A DNA stretch of 64,000 bases. Origin: Rhizobiales bacterium 63-22. Lineage in GTDB: Bacteria > Pseudomonadota > Alphaproteobacteria > Rhizobiales > Rhizobiaceae. The DNA lies in the NCBI GenBank assembly GCA_001898995.1, contig MKVZ01000004.1, forward strand, positions 109,115 to 173,114, read 5' to 3'. Position numbers and translations under genes: made by a program. The first letter of the stretch is position 1, and each line of letters begins with the position of its first letter. Shown piece by piece: positions 51,523 to 61,002 of this stretch. The notes under the pieces are model-generated. The model did not search any database and was not told where the DNA came from. It saw only the letters and a list, made by a program, of their open reading frames with translations.

Positions 51523-52467
51523 TCAAGCGTTGAGGGCGGCCAGCGCCGCGTCGATTTCTTCCGCCGTGCCCACCGTCGCGCCGGCCACATCCTTCGAGAT
51601 GCGGCGCGCGAGACCGGTCAGCACCTTGCCGGAGCCTATTTCATAAAGCGTGGAGACGCCATTGGCGGCGAACCATTCCACCGTCTCGCGCCAGCGCACC
51701 TGTCCCGTCACCTGCTCGACCAGCAGGGCCGCGATCTCGTTCGCGTCGGTCACGGGCGCGGCACGGACATTGGCGATCAGCGGCACGGCCGGGTCGCGCT
51801 TCTCGACGCCAGCCAGCGCCTCGCGCATGGCTTCGGCGGCAGGCGCCATCAGCGTCGAATGGAAGGGCGCGGAGACGGAGAGCATCAGCGCGCGCTTGGC
51901 GCCCTTTTCGGAGGCGAGCCTGGCCGCCAGTTCCACGGCGGGCTTCGCGCCGGAAATCACGAGCTGGCCGCCGCCGTTGTCGTTGGCGATCTGGACCGGG
52001 CCGGAGGCGCGCGCCTCGGCGCAGACGGCTTCCACATCGGCCTGTTCGAGGCCGATGATCGCGGCCATCGCGCCCTCGCCGACCGGAACCGCCTTCTGCA
52101 TGGCGTCGCCGCGGATGCGCAGGAGCCGCGCCGTGTCGGCGAGCGAGAAGGTTCCGGCCGCACACAGCGCCGAATATTCGCCGAGCGAATGGCCGGCGAC
52201 ATAGGCCACCTTGTCCTTCAGCGAAAAGCCGCGCGCTTCCATGACGCGGATCACGGCCATGGAAACGGCCATCAGCGCCGGCTGCGCATTGGCGGTGAGC
52301 GTCAGCACATCTTCGGGGCCTTCGAACATGACGGCGGAAAGCTTCTGGCCCAGCGTCTCGTCCACTTCCTCGAACACCGCGCGGGCTTCCGCGAACTGTT
52401 CGGCAAGCGCCTTGCCCATGCCGACCGCCTGACTGCCCTGCCCCGGAAAGGTGAATGCTACCGCCAT
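51523..52467 (-). CDS. fabD: Malonyl-CoA:ACP transacylase
   Basis: FPGQGSQ, AQPAL, GHSLGEY, VSAPFHS, QV...VRW. Confidence 0.97.
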   Translation of the reverse strand: MAVAFTFPGQGSQAVGMGKALAEQFAEARAVFEEVDETLGQKLSAVMFEGPEDVLTLTANAQPALMAVSMAVIRVMEARGFSLKDKVAYVAGHSLGEYSALCAAGTFSLADTARLLRIRGDAMQKAVPVGEGAMAAIIGLEQADVEAVCAEARASGPVQIANDNGGGQLVISGAKPAVELAARLASEKGAKRALMLSVSAPFHSTLMAPAAEAMREALAGVEKRDPAVPLIANVRAAPVTDANEIAALLVEQVTGQVRWRETVEWFAANGVSTLYEIGSGKVLTGLARRISKDVAGATVGTAEEIDAALAALNA

Positions 52468-52825
52468 GTTTCCCTCTTAATTCCTGCGATTGTTGGCGGG
52501 ATGTGCCCCAGCAGGGGCCGCAAAGTCAAGTATTTGCCGGGCATTTGTCGGCTTTTCCGGGATTTACGGCTTGCAAAGCGGGGGAAAAGCACGTAAGAGC
52601 CGCCACGTTCATTATCCGGCGTCGGCTGGGGGCTGAACGGAGGGCCGTGTGGCTGACTAACTTAACAGTTAGTGAGACCCGTGCCGGAGCCATAAGCGCT
52701 TCTGCCTCCCGTGTCTCCGCTCTCGATTGTCTTCAACGCGCCTTTCTCGCCGTATTCACGGTTCCAAGAGGTCGCAGAGGCTTGGCCGCCGAGGCTGGAT
52801 AGATAACGGAAGAAAGGCAAAGCCA

Positions 52826-53287
52826 ATGGCTCTTTATGAACATGTGCTCCTTGCCCGCCAGGACATCTCGCAGCAACAGGTCGACGCTCTCGTCGAGCAG
52901 TTCAAGGGTGTTCTCGAAACCAATGGCGGCAAGATCGGCAAGATCGAAAACTGGGGTCTTCGTCCCCTCACCTACCGCATCAAGAAGAACCGCAAGGCGT
53001 ATTACACGCTTCTGAACATCGACGCGCCGGCCGCTGCCGTCGCCGAGATGGAGCGTCAGATGCGCATTAACGAAGACGTCCTGCGCTTCCTCACCATCCG
53101 CGTCGAGGCGCATGAGGAAGGCCAGTCGGCCATCCTGACCCGCCGTGATGACCGTGACCGCGACGACCGCGGCCCGCGCCGTCCGCGCGAAGGCGGTTTC
53201 GACCGTGGTGACCGCGGCGGCGATCGTGGTGACCGTGGGGGCGATCGCGGTCCGCGCCGTCCGCGCGAAAACGAAGCTGGTGAATGA
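52826..53287 (+). CDS. rpsF: 30S ribosomal protein S6
   Basis: [31 protein letters not shown]. Asp/Arg/Gly-rich tail. Confidence 0.97.
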
Positions 53288-53295
53288 GGTTAGAC

Positions 53296-53544
53296 ATGGT
53301 TGACATCAATCAGATCCCGACCCGCCGTCCTTTCCACCGCCGTCGCAAGACGTGCCCGTTCTCCGGCGCGAACGCTCCGAAGATCGATTACAAGGACGTC
53401 AAGCTGTTGCAGCGCTACATTTCCGAGCGCGGCAAGATCGTTCCTTCCCGCATCACGGCGGTAAGCCAGAAGAAGCAGCGCGAACTCGCCAAGGCGATCA
53501 AGCGCGCCCGCTTCCTCGGCCTTCTGCCCTATGTGGTGAAGTAA
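53296..53544 (+). CDS. rpsR: 30S ribosomal protein S18
   Basis: [38 protein letters not shown]. Confidence 0.98.
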
Positions 53545-53697
53545 GAAGCCTATTCGCGGGAGGCGGTCCGCCGCCTTCCGCCCTCTCCGTCATGGTGGGC
53601 ATGGCGGATGCAACGAAAAACCCGAGTTGAGGCGAAGCCGTTCACAGGCCGTCTCTAACTGCCGAACCGGGAAAGCCGGAGCAGGACAGCGATCTTC

Positions 53698-54732
53698 ATG
53701 AAATTCGACGCAACCATCATCGGTATCGGTATCGCGGCGGGGCTTGCCTCGGCGCTGATGTCGTCCGGCGTCGTCGCCGAAGGCGGCGCCGTGGCCGGCA
53801 TGACGATGGTGCTGTATCTGCTCACGCCATTGCCGATCTTCATCGCCGCCCTTGGCTGGGGTTCGGGCGCGGGCATCGTCGCGGCTGCCGCCGCCACCAT
53901 CGCCATCGGTGCTGCGGCATCGCCTCTGGTCGCGCTGATGATGGCGCTGACGAGCTATATCCCCGCCGCGACGGGAGCATATCTTTCCGGCCTCGCGCGG
54001 CCCGCCGAGGAAATCGGCGGCCCGAAGGACGTGATGGTCTGGTATCCGCTGCCCGACATCATGTTCCGCCTCGCCTTGATGGTGGCGGCGAGCTTCATCG
54101 TCATCGGCGTGATCCTCGGCTTCGGCCCGGACATGGCGCGTGAACTCGGCAATACGCTGCTCGACCGCGTGGCGGCGAGCGACCCGCAATTCACCGTCAG
54201 CGCCGATCTGCGCGACAGCCTGCCCACGCTGCTGCTGGTCGCCATACCCACGATCCAGCCGGCGACCTGTCTCGCCATCCTCGCCGGCAACCTCTGTCTC
54301 GCGCTGCGCCTTACCCGCATGTCGGGCCGGCTGCGCCGCCCGCGCGACGACTGGCCGGCGACGCTGCGCATGCCGCGTCCGGCGCTGTTCGTCTTCGCGC
54401 TGGCGCTCGCGGCCGCCTTCCTGCCCGGCGGCCTCGGCCTCGCCGCCACCACGGTCGCGGGCGCCCTCGGCGCGGGCTTCACCATGGCCGGCCTCGCCGT
54501 CCTGCACCACCGCACGCGCGGCAAGCCGTGGCGCCCGGTGGCGCTGTGGCTGGTCTATTTCGCCATCCTGCTGTTCGCATTCCTGCTCTTCGTCTTCATG
54601 GTGCTCGGACTTTTCGACACATCGCGCGGCGCCCCAATTTCCAGAATGCCCGGCTCGAAAATGCCCGGAACGGACAAACCGGCAGACAAACAGACCGATG
54701 AGCCGACGGACGAACCGTCGGACAAACCCTGA
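53698..54732 (+). CDS. DUF2232/YybS-family membrane protein
   Basis: Multi-TM protein in the conserved rpsR-[DUF2232]-rplI position. WYP motif and G.A.LH...RG. Confidence 0.8.
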   Translation: MKFDATIIGIGIAAGLASALMSSGVVAEGGAVAGMTMVLYLLTPLPIFIAALGWGSGAGIVAAAAATIAIGAAASPLVALMMALTSYIPAATGAYLSGLARPAEEIGGPKDVMVWYPLPDIMFRLALMVAASFIVIGVILGFGPDMARELGNTLLDRVAASDPQFTVSADLRDSLPTLLLVAIPTIQPATCLAILAGNLCLALRLTRMSGRLRRPRDDWPATLRMPRPALFVFALALAAAFLPGGLGLAATTVAGALGAGFTMAGLAVLHHRTRGKPWRPVALWLVYFAILLFAFLLFVFMVLGLFDTSRGAPISRMPGSKMPGTDKPADKQTDEPTDEPSDKP

Positions 54733-54773
54733 AATCCAATTGAACCCCGATCAAACCGCGAAAGGAAACTGAA

Positions 54774-55343
54774 ATGGAAGTCATTCTTCTGGAACGCATC
54801 GGCCGCCTCGGCCAGATGGGCGAAACCGTCAAGGTCAAGGACGGCTATGCCCGCAACTTCCTCTTGCCGCAGGGCAAGGCGCTGCGCGCCAACGAGGCCA
54901 ACAAGAAGAAGTTCGAGGGCCAGCGCGCCCAGCTCGAGGCCCAGAACCTCGAGCGCAAGAACGAAGCCCAGTCCGTCGCCGAGAAGCTCGACGGCAAGAG
55001 CTTCATCGTCGTGCGCTCGGCTGGTGAAACCGGCCAGCTCTACGGCTCCGTCTCGACCCGCGACATCGCCGAGATCGTCACCGCCGGCGGCTTCACGCTG
55101 CACCGCAACCAGGTGGAACTGAACCATCCGATCAAGACCATCGGCCTGCACGAGGTCTCCATCTCGCTGCACCCGGAAGTGCAGGTCAAGGTCACGGTCA
55201 ACATCGCCCGTTCGACGGAAGAGGCCGAGCGTCAGGCCAAGGGCGAGGACCTCACCTCGATCGAAGCCATCTACGGCATCGAGGAACAGCCCCTGGCGGA
55301 AGAGTTCTTCGAGGACGAGGAAGAAGGCGAAGCCGAGGCCTGA
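54774..55343 (+). CDS. rplI: 50S ribosomal protein L9
   Basis: [37 protein letters not shown]. Confidence 0.98.
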   Translation: MEVILLERIGRLGQMGETVKVKDGYARNFLLPQGKALRANEANKKKFEGQRAQLEAQNLERKNEAQSVAEKLDGKSFIVVRSAGETGQLYGSVSTRDIAEIVTAGGFTLHRNQVELNHPIKTIGLHEVSISLHPEVQVKVTVNIARSTEEAERQAKGEDLTSIEAIYGIEEQPLAEEFFEDEEEGEAEA

Positions 55344-55439
55344 TTTTCAGCTCCCTGCTCGGCCCGCATGGAAGCTTGCAGCCGCGAAGCGCCAGCGCTT
55401 CCCTCAATATCCTGACCATGCGGTAAACTTTATATGATC

Positions 55440-55468
55440 ATGCCCGGCGGTCTCCGCCGGGCATTTTC
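55440..55468 (+). terminator. Intrinsic terminator of the rpsF-rplI operon
   Basis: ATGCCCGGCGG-TCT-CCGCCGGGCAT followed by TTTCTCTTTT. Confidence 0.8.
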
Positions 55469-55802
55469 TCTTTTCACGACCGTAAAACCGCTTATTCTGA
55501 AATAGAAGTGCCGGCATGTATCGGCGAAATGCTGATTCTGGCCGGCCTTTATTCGATCGGAGAGCGCGCTGACGGAGGCGTCCGCGTTTGCATGGGTCCA
55601 CCGCTCCCGTGGCCGGCAAGGGAATTCAGCCACGGATTCCGGCGCCGATGCCACCGGTGGAGATCGTAAGGGAACAGCCGGGAACGGTCCGGGAAAGCGG
55701 TCGGGAGGGGACGCCGCATCCGGTCGTCGGGACCGGGCTAATCGCCCGCATGCAGCCGCGACGTTGTGCGCCCGCTCCGATCACAACATGGAGATGGGGT
55801 CA

Positions 55803-57086
55803 ATGTACGGAATGCTGCGCGCAGCGCTGACACATATGATAAAGACCGGCGACCTGACGGTGACCGACGCCGCCGGTTCGCGTTTTCGCTATGGCGACAA
55901 GACGGGCGCGCCGGTCCATATCCGCTTCAAGACGAAGCATGCCGAACGCGCCGTCGCCCTCGACCCGGAACTGAAGCTCGCCGAATGTTTCATGGACGAC
56001 GAGATCGACTTCGTCGAAGGCGATATCTACACGTTCCTTCAGGTGGTTTTCGAGAATACCGGCCCGACCGCCGCGCAGGAACCGTGGATGCGGCTTCTCG
56101 GCAAGACGCGTGTGCTGTTCCGCCGTTTCCAGCAGATGAACAACATCACCCGCTCGTCCAGCAACATCAAGAGCCATTACGACCTTTCGGGCGAGCTTTA
56201 CGACCTGTTCCTCGACCCCGACAAGCAATATTCCTGCGCCTATTTCGATCCGCCGAACGCCACGCTCGCCGAGGCGCAACTGGCCAAGAAACGCCATATC
56301 GCGGCCAAGATGCTGGTCAAGGAAGGCGACAAGGTGCTCGATATCGGCTGCGGCTGGGGCGGCATGGGCCTCTATCTCGCGCGCTATCTCAAGGCCGACG
56401 TGACCGGCGTCACGCTATCGGAGGAGCAGCACGGCATCGCCAACCGGCGCGCGGCCGAGGAAGGGCTCAGCGACCGGGCCCGGTTCCAGTTGACCGATTA
56501 CCGCAAGGTTAACGACAAGTTCGACCGGCTGGTCTCGGTCGGCATGTTCGAGCATGTCGGCGTCGGCCATTTCGGTGAATATTTCCAGCATGCGGCGCGG
56601 CTGCTCAAGCCCGACGGCGTGTTCCTGCTGCACGCCATCGGCCGCGCCGACGGGCCGGGCGCCACCAATCCCTTCATCCGCAAATATATCTTCCCCGGCG
56701 GCTATATCCCGGCCTTGTCGGAGGTGCTGCCGCACATCGAGAAGGCGGGGCTCTACGTCACCGACATCGAGATATTGCGCCTGCACTATGCCGAGACCCT
56801 GAAGGCATGGCGGGAGGCCTTCATGGCCAATCGCGACAGGGCCAAGGCGCTTTACGACGAGCGTTTCTGCCGCATGTGGGAGTTCTATCTCGCTGCCTCC
56901 GAGAGCGCCTTCCGCTGGCAGAACATGATGGTGTTCCACATCCAGATCGCCCACAGGCAGGAAGCCGTGCCGCTGACACGCAGCTATATCGAGGCGGAGG
57001 AAAAGCGCCTGAAGCGGCTCGACAGCGCGCCGCGCTGCGCCAACAGCGAGGCGCAGGACGCGAAGAAGAAAAGCGTGAACGGCTGA
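55803..57086 (+). CDS. cfa: Cyclopropane-fatty-acyl-phospholipid synthase
   Basis: HYDLS..LY.LFLD...QYSCAYF, VLDIGCGWGG, SVGMFEHVG, KYIFPGG, F.RMWEFYL. Confidence 0.93.
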   Translation: MYGMLRAALTHMIKTGDLTVTDAAGSRFRYGDKTGAPVHIRFKTKHAERAVALDPELKLAECFMDDEIDFVEGDIYTFLQVVFENTGPTAAQEPWMRLLGKTRVLFRRFQQMNNITRSSSNIKSHYDLSGELYDLFLDPDKQYSCAYFDPPNATLAEAQLAKKRHIAAKMLVKEGDKVLDIGCGWGGMGLYLARYLKADVTGVTLSEEQHGIANRRAAEEGLSDRARFQLTDYRKVNDKFDRLVSVGMFEHVGVGHFGEYFQHAARLLKPDGVFLLHAIGRADGPGATNPFIRKYIFPGGYIPALSEVLPHIEKAGLYVTDIEILRLHYAETLKAWREAFMANRDRAKALYDERFCRMWEFYLAASESAFRWQNMMVFHIQIAHRQEAVPLTRSYIEAEEKRLKRLDSAPRCANSEAQDAKKKSVNG

Positions 57087-57125
57087 CGGCGTCGCCGGCC
57101 GTTCTCATCCGTTCCCGATCCCGCC

Positions 57126-57298
57126 GATTCGCGTCGATGTCACGTCAAGGGCGCGGCGGCGGGATTTTTTGCGCAAACTGTGAATCCCTGTGAATCATGG
57201 TATAGAATGTCGTTTCCAGCCGGAATCGTCCGAAGCCGCGTTGCCATGGCATACACTTCGCGTCTAGCTGGAAGCATTCAGGGACAGGATCGGGAATC
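57126..57298 (+). promoter_or_regulatory. dnaB upstream region with five GANTC sites
   Basis: GATTC at 57126; GAATC at 57182, 57192, 57223 and 57294. Confidence 0.55.
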
Positions 57299-58801
57299 AT
57301 GGCGGAAGCGGCGATACGCAAAATCGAGGATGCGCGCGGGGAAAAGGATGCGCTCTATCGCGAGGCGCCCCACAATATCGAGGCGGAGCAGGCGCTGCTC
57401 GGCGCGATCCTGATCAACAACGACGCCTTCTACCGCGTATCGGACTTCCTCAAGCCCAGCCATTTCTTCGAGCCGCTGCATCGCCGCGTGTTCGAGATCG
57501 CCGCCGATCTCATCCGCGTCGGCAAGATGGCCAATCCGGTGACGATGAAGACCTTCCTGCCCGGCGAAGGCAAGGTCGGCGACCTCACCATCTTCCAGTA
57601 TGTCACGCGGCTCGCCACCGAGGCCGTCACCATCATCAATGCCGAGGATTACGGCCGCGCCATCTACGACCTCGCCACCCGCCGCGCGCTGATCGGCATC
57701 GGCGAGGACATGGTCAACGTCGCCTATGACGCGCCGGTGGACATGGCCCCGCACGCGCAGATCGAGGATGCCGAGCGCCGCCTGTTCGAGCTTGCCGAGA
57801 CGGGCCGGTACGACGGCGGCTTCCTGCCGTTCAAGGACGCGGTCACCACCGCCGTCGACATGGCCAACGCCGCCTTCATGCGCGACGGCCATCTTTCGGG
57901 CATCTCGACCGGCATCCATGCCCTCGACGGCAAGATGGGCGGCTTGCAGCCCTCCGACCTGGTCATCGTCGCCGGGCGTCCGGGCATGGGCAAGACGTCG
58001 CTCGCCACCAATATCGCCTTCAACATCGCCAACAGCTATGAGCCCGAGCAGCAGGCCGACGGCACGATAAAGGCGGCCAATGGCGGCGTGGTCGGCTTCT
58101 TCTCGCTGGAAATGTCGGCCGAGCAGCTTGCCACCCGCATCATCTCCGAGCAGACGGAGGTTTCCTCCTCCAAGATCAGGCGCGGCGACATCACCGAGAC
58201 GGATTTCGAGAAGCTGGTCGCCTGCTCGCAGGTCATGCAGAAGATCCCGCTCTATATCGACCAGACCGGCGGCATCTCGATTGCGCAATTGGCTGCCCGC
58301 GCCCGCCGTCTCAAGCGCCAGCGCGGCCTCGACGTGCTGGTGATCGACTATATCCAGCTCATGACCGGCTCGAAGAAGTCGGGCGAGAACCGCGTGCAGG
58401 AAGTGACCGAGATCACCACCGGCCTCAAGGCGCTGGCCAAGGAACTGAACGTGCCGATCATCGCCCTGTCGCAGCTTTCGCGTCAGGTGGAAAGCCGCGA
58501 CGACAAGCGCCCGCAGCTTTCCGACCTGCGCGAATCCGGCTCCATCGAGCAGGACGCCGACGTGGTGCTGTTCGTGTTCCGCGAGGAATATTACGTCAAG
58601 AACCTCGAACCGCGCGACGAGTTCGACCCCAAATACGAGGAATGGCGGCAGCTTTACGAGAAGGTGCGCGGCACGGCGGACGTCATCATCGCCAAGCAGC
58701 GCCACGGGCCGACCGGCACGGTCAAGCTCGCCTTCCAGTCCGAATTCACCCGGTTTGCAGATCTGGCCGACAATACCTATCTGCCGGATCGTTATGAATA
58801 G
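57299..58801 (+). CDS. dnaB: Replicative DNA helicase
   Basis: PHNIEAEQALLGA, AGRPGMGKT, FSLEMS, IDYIQL, ALSQLSR.VE.R.DKRP.LSDLRESGSIEQDAD, KQRHGP. No intein. Confidence 0.98.
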   Translation: MAEAAIRKIEDARGEKDALYREAPHNIEAEQALLGAILINNDAFYRVSDFLKPSHFFEPLHRRVFEIAADLIRVGKMANPVTMKTFLPGEGKVGDLTIFQYVTRLATEAVTIINAEDYGRAIYDLATRRALIGIGEDMVNVAYDAPVDMAPHAQIEDAERRLFELAETGRYDGGFLPFKDAVTTAVDMANAAFMRDGHLSGISTGIHALDGKMGGLQPSDLVIVAGRPGMGKTSLATNIAFNIANSYEPEQQADGTIKAANGGVVGFFSLEMSAEQLATRIISEQTEVSSSKIRRGDITETDFEKLVACSQVMQKIPLYIDQTGGISIAQLAARARRLKRQRGLDVLVIDYIQLMTGSKKSGENRVQEVTEITTGLKALAKELNVPIIALSQLSRQVESRDDKRPQLSDLRESGSIEQDADVVLFVFREEYYVKNLEPRDEFDPKYEEWRQLYEKVRGTADVIIAKQRHGPTGTVKLAFQSEFTRFADLADNTYLPDRYE

Positions 58802-58828
58802 ACGATCCCAACGCAAGGGACGCGCCTG

Positions 58829-60244
58829 ATGGCCAAGGCCGCGCGCGTCCAGTTCATCTGCCAGAACTGCGGCGCGGTGCACGCCCGCTGGGCGGGCAAG
58901 TGCGATTCCTGCGGCGAGTGGAACACGCTGGTCGAGGAAGGCACCAATAGCGGCATCGGCTCCGGCCCCGGCGCGATGGTCTCCCGGCGCAAGGGCCGCG
59001 CGGTGGCGCTGACCTCGCTGTCGGGCGACATCGAGGACGCGCCGCGCATCATTTCCGGCATCAGCGAGCTCGACCGCGTCACCGGCGGCGGCTTCGTGCG
59101 CGGCTCGGCCCTTCTGATCGGCGGCGATCCGGGCATCGGCAAGTCGACGCTGCTGACGCAAGCCGCCGCAGCCCTCTCCAATCGCGGCCACCGCATCGTC
59201 TATGTGTCGGGCGAGGAAGCCGTGGCGCAGATCAGGCTACGCGCGCAGCGGCTCGGCGTCGCCGGCTCGGCGGTGGAACTGGCCGCCGAAACCAATGTCG
59301 AGGATATCGTCGCCACCATCTCCGATGGCAAAAGGCCGGACCTCGTCATCATCGACTCCATCCAGACACTGTGGACCGACATGGCCGATTCCGCGCCGGG
59401 GACGGTCACGCAGGTGCGCGCCTCGGCGCAGGCGATGATCCGCTACGCCAAGCAGACGGGTGCCGCCGTGGTGCTGGTCGGCCACGTCACCAAGGAAGGC
59501 CAGATCGCCGGTCCGCGCGTGGTCGAGCACATGGTCGACGGCGTGCTCTATTTCGAGGGCGAAGGCGGGCATCACTACCGCATCCTGCGCACGGTCAAGA
59601 ACCGCTTCGGCCCCACCGACGAGATCGGCGTGTTCGAAATGTCGGACGGCGGCCTGCGCGAGGTGGCGAACCCTTCGGAGCTTTTTCTGGGCGAGCGCAA
59701 CGCCAAGGCGCCGGGCGCGGCGGTCTTCGCCGGCATGGAGGGCACGAGGCCGGTGCTGGTGGAGATACAGGCGCTCGTCGCCCCCTCCTCGCTCGGCACG
59801 CCGCGCCGCGCCGTGGTCGGCTGGGACGGCGGGCGGCTCGCCATGATCCTCGCCGTGCTCGAATCCCATTGCGGGGTGCGTTTCGGCCAGCACGACGTCT
59901 ATCTGAACGTCGCCGGCGGCTACCGCATCAGCGAGCCTGCGGCCGATATCGCGGTGGCAGCGGCGCTGGTTTCCTCCATCGCCGGTATTGCCCTTCCGAG
60001 CGATTGCGTTTATTTCGGCGAAATCAGCCTTTCCGGCGCCGTTCGCGCGGTGACGCATGCGGTGCAGAGGCTGAAGGAAGCGCAGAAGCTCGGCTTTACA
60101 CAGGCCGTCACGCCCGCCGGTGTCAAAGATTTGTGGAGAGATCACAAGTTTCATCTGGTGGAAACGGCCGCATTGCCCGATCTTGTGGCACGGATCGCCG
60201 CATCGGGCCAAGGCCGGGAACCGGGCCGGAGACCGGACGACTGA
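58829..60244 (+). CDS. radA: DNA repair protein RadA/Sms
   Basis: C4 zinc finger, GGDPGIGKST, IDSIQT, KNRFG motif, Lon-like C-terminus. Confidence 0.97.
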   Translation: MAKAARVQFICQNCGAVHARWAGKCDSCGEWNTLVEEGTNSGIGSGPGAMVSRRKGRAVALTSLSGDIEDAPRIISGISELDRVTGGGFVRGSALLIGGDPGIGKSTLLTQAAAALSNRGHRIVYVSGEEAVAQIRLRAQRLGVAGSAVELAAETNVEDIVATISDGKRPDLVIIDSIQTLWTDMADSAPGTVTQVRASAQAMIRYAKQTGAAVVLVGHVTKEGQIAGPRVVEHMVDGVLYFEGEGGHHYRILRTVKNRFGPTDEIGVFEMSDGGLREVANPSELFLGERNAKAPGAAVFAGMEGTRPVLVEIQALVAPSSLGTPRRAVVGWDGGRLAMILAVLESHCGVRFGQHDVYLNVAGGYRISEPAADIAVAAALVSSIAGIALPSDCVYFGEISLSGAVRAVTHAVQRLKEAQKLGFTQAVTPAGVKDLWRDHKFHLVETAALPDLVARIAASGQGREPGRRPDD

Positions 60245-60302
60245 GACCGGACGACTGACCGCTCTACGGGCGATCAGCGCAACAGAATCGAGGACAGGCA
60301 CC

Positions 60303-60911
60303 ATGCCGATCACCATGCTTGACGGAATCCTACTCGGAATAACGCTGGTTTCAGCCATTCTGGCGATGGTCCGGGGTTTCTCGCGCGAAGTGCTTTCGCT
60401 GGTTTCGTGGGCGGCGGCGGCGGTCGCGGCCTATCTGTTCTTCCAGCCGTTGCTGCCCTATATAAAGCCCTACATCAACAACGAGACCATCGCCAAGATC
60501 GCGGCGGCGGCAGCGGTGTTCCTCGTGGTGCTGATCATCGTGTCGCTGATCACGATGAAGATCGCCGATTTCATCATCGACAGCCGCATCGGCGCGTTGG
60601 ACCGCACGCTGGGCTTTCTGTTCGGCGCGGCGCGCGGCGTGCTTCTGGTCGTGGTGGCGATGCTGTTCTTCAACTGGCTGATGCCGGACAACCAGCCGGC
60701 ATGGATCACCAACGCCAAGTCCAGGCCCATGCTCGATTCGCTCGGCCAGCAGCTTATGCAGCTTCTGCCCACCAATGCCAACGAGGTGATCGACAAGATC
60801 AAGCATGAGCATGCCGCGCCTGCCTCCAACGGCGCCCCCGGCACCAACGGCGCCAATGGCGATCAAGACTCGACGCCCGCGCCCGACGACAACACGCCAG
60901 CGCAGCAATAG
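60303..60911 (+). CDS. cvpA: Colicin V production protein CvpA
   Basis: RGFSREVLSL, LDRTLGFLFG.ARG. Upstream of purF. Confidence 0.92.
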   Translation: MPITMLDGILLGITLVSAILAMVRGFSREVLSLVSWAAAAVAAYLFFQPLLPYIKPYINNETIAKIAAAAAVFLVVLIIVSLITMKIADFIIDSRIGALDRTLGFLFGAARGVLLVVVAMLFFNWLMPDNQPAWITNAKSRPMLDSLGQQLMQLLPTNANEVIDKIKHEHAAPASNGAPGTNGANGDQDSTPAPDDNTPAQQ

Positions 60912-61002
60912 ACACGGAGACCGGGAGGGACGCCTTTCAAAACGGCGTCCTTTCCTGTAAATATCGCTTTCGGCAAACCGCAATCGAAAGGCCTTGCGGA
61001 CG

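Noticed and set aside
55600-55645. SAM-II (SAM-alpha) riboswitch-like CCGTGG...CCACGG upstream of cfa
   Set aside because: Lacks the conserved GATTT loop and GCTAAA tail.
57299-58801. Intein in DnaB
   Set aside because: Length (500 aa) and motifs are continuous, with no insertion.
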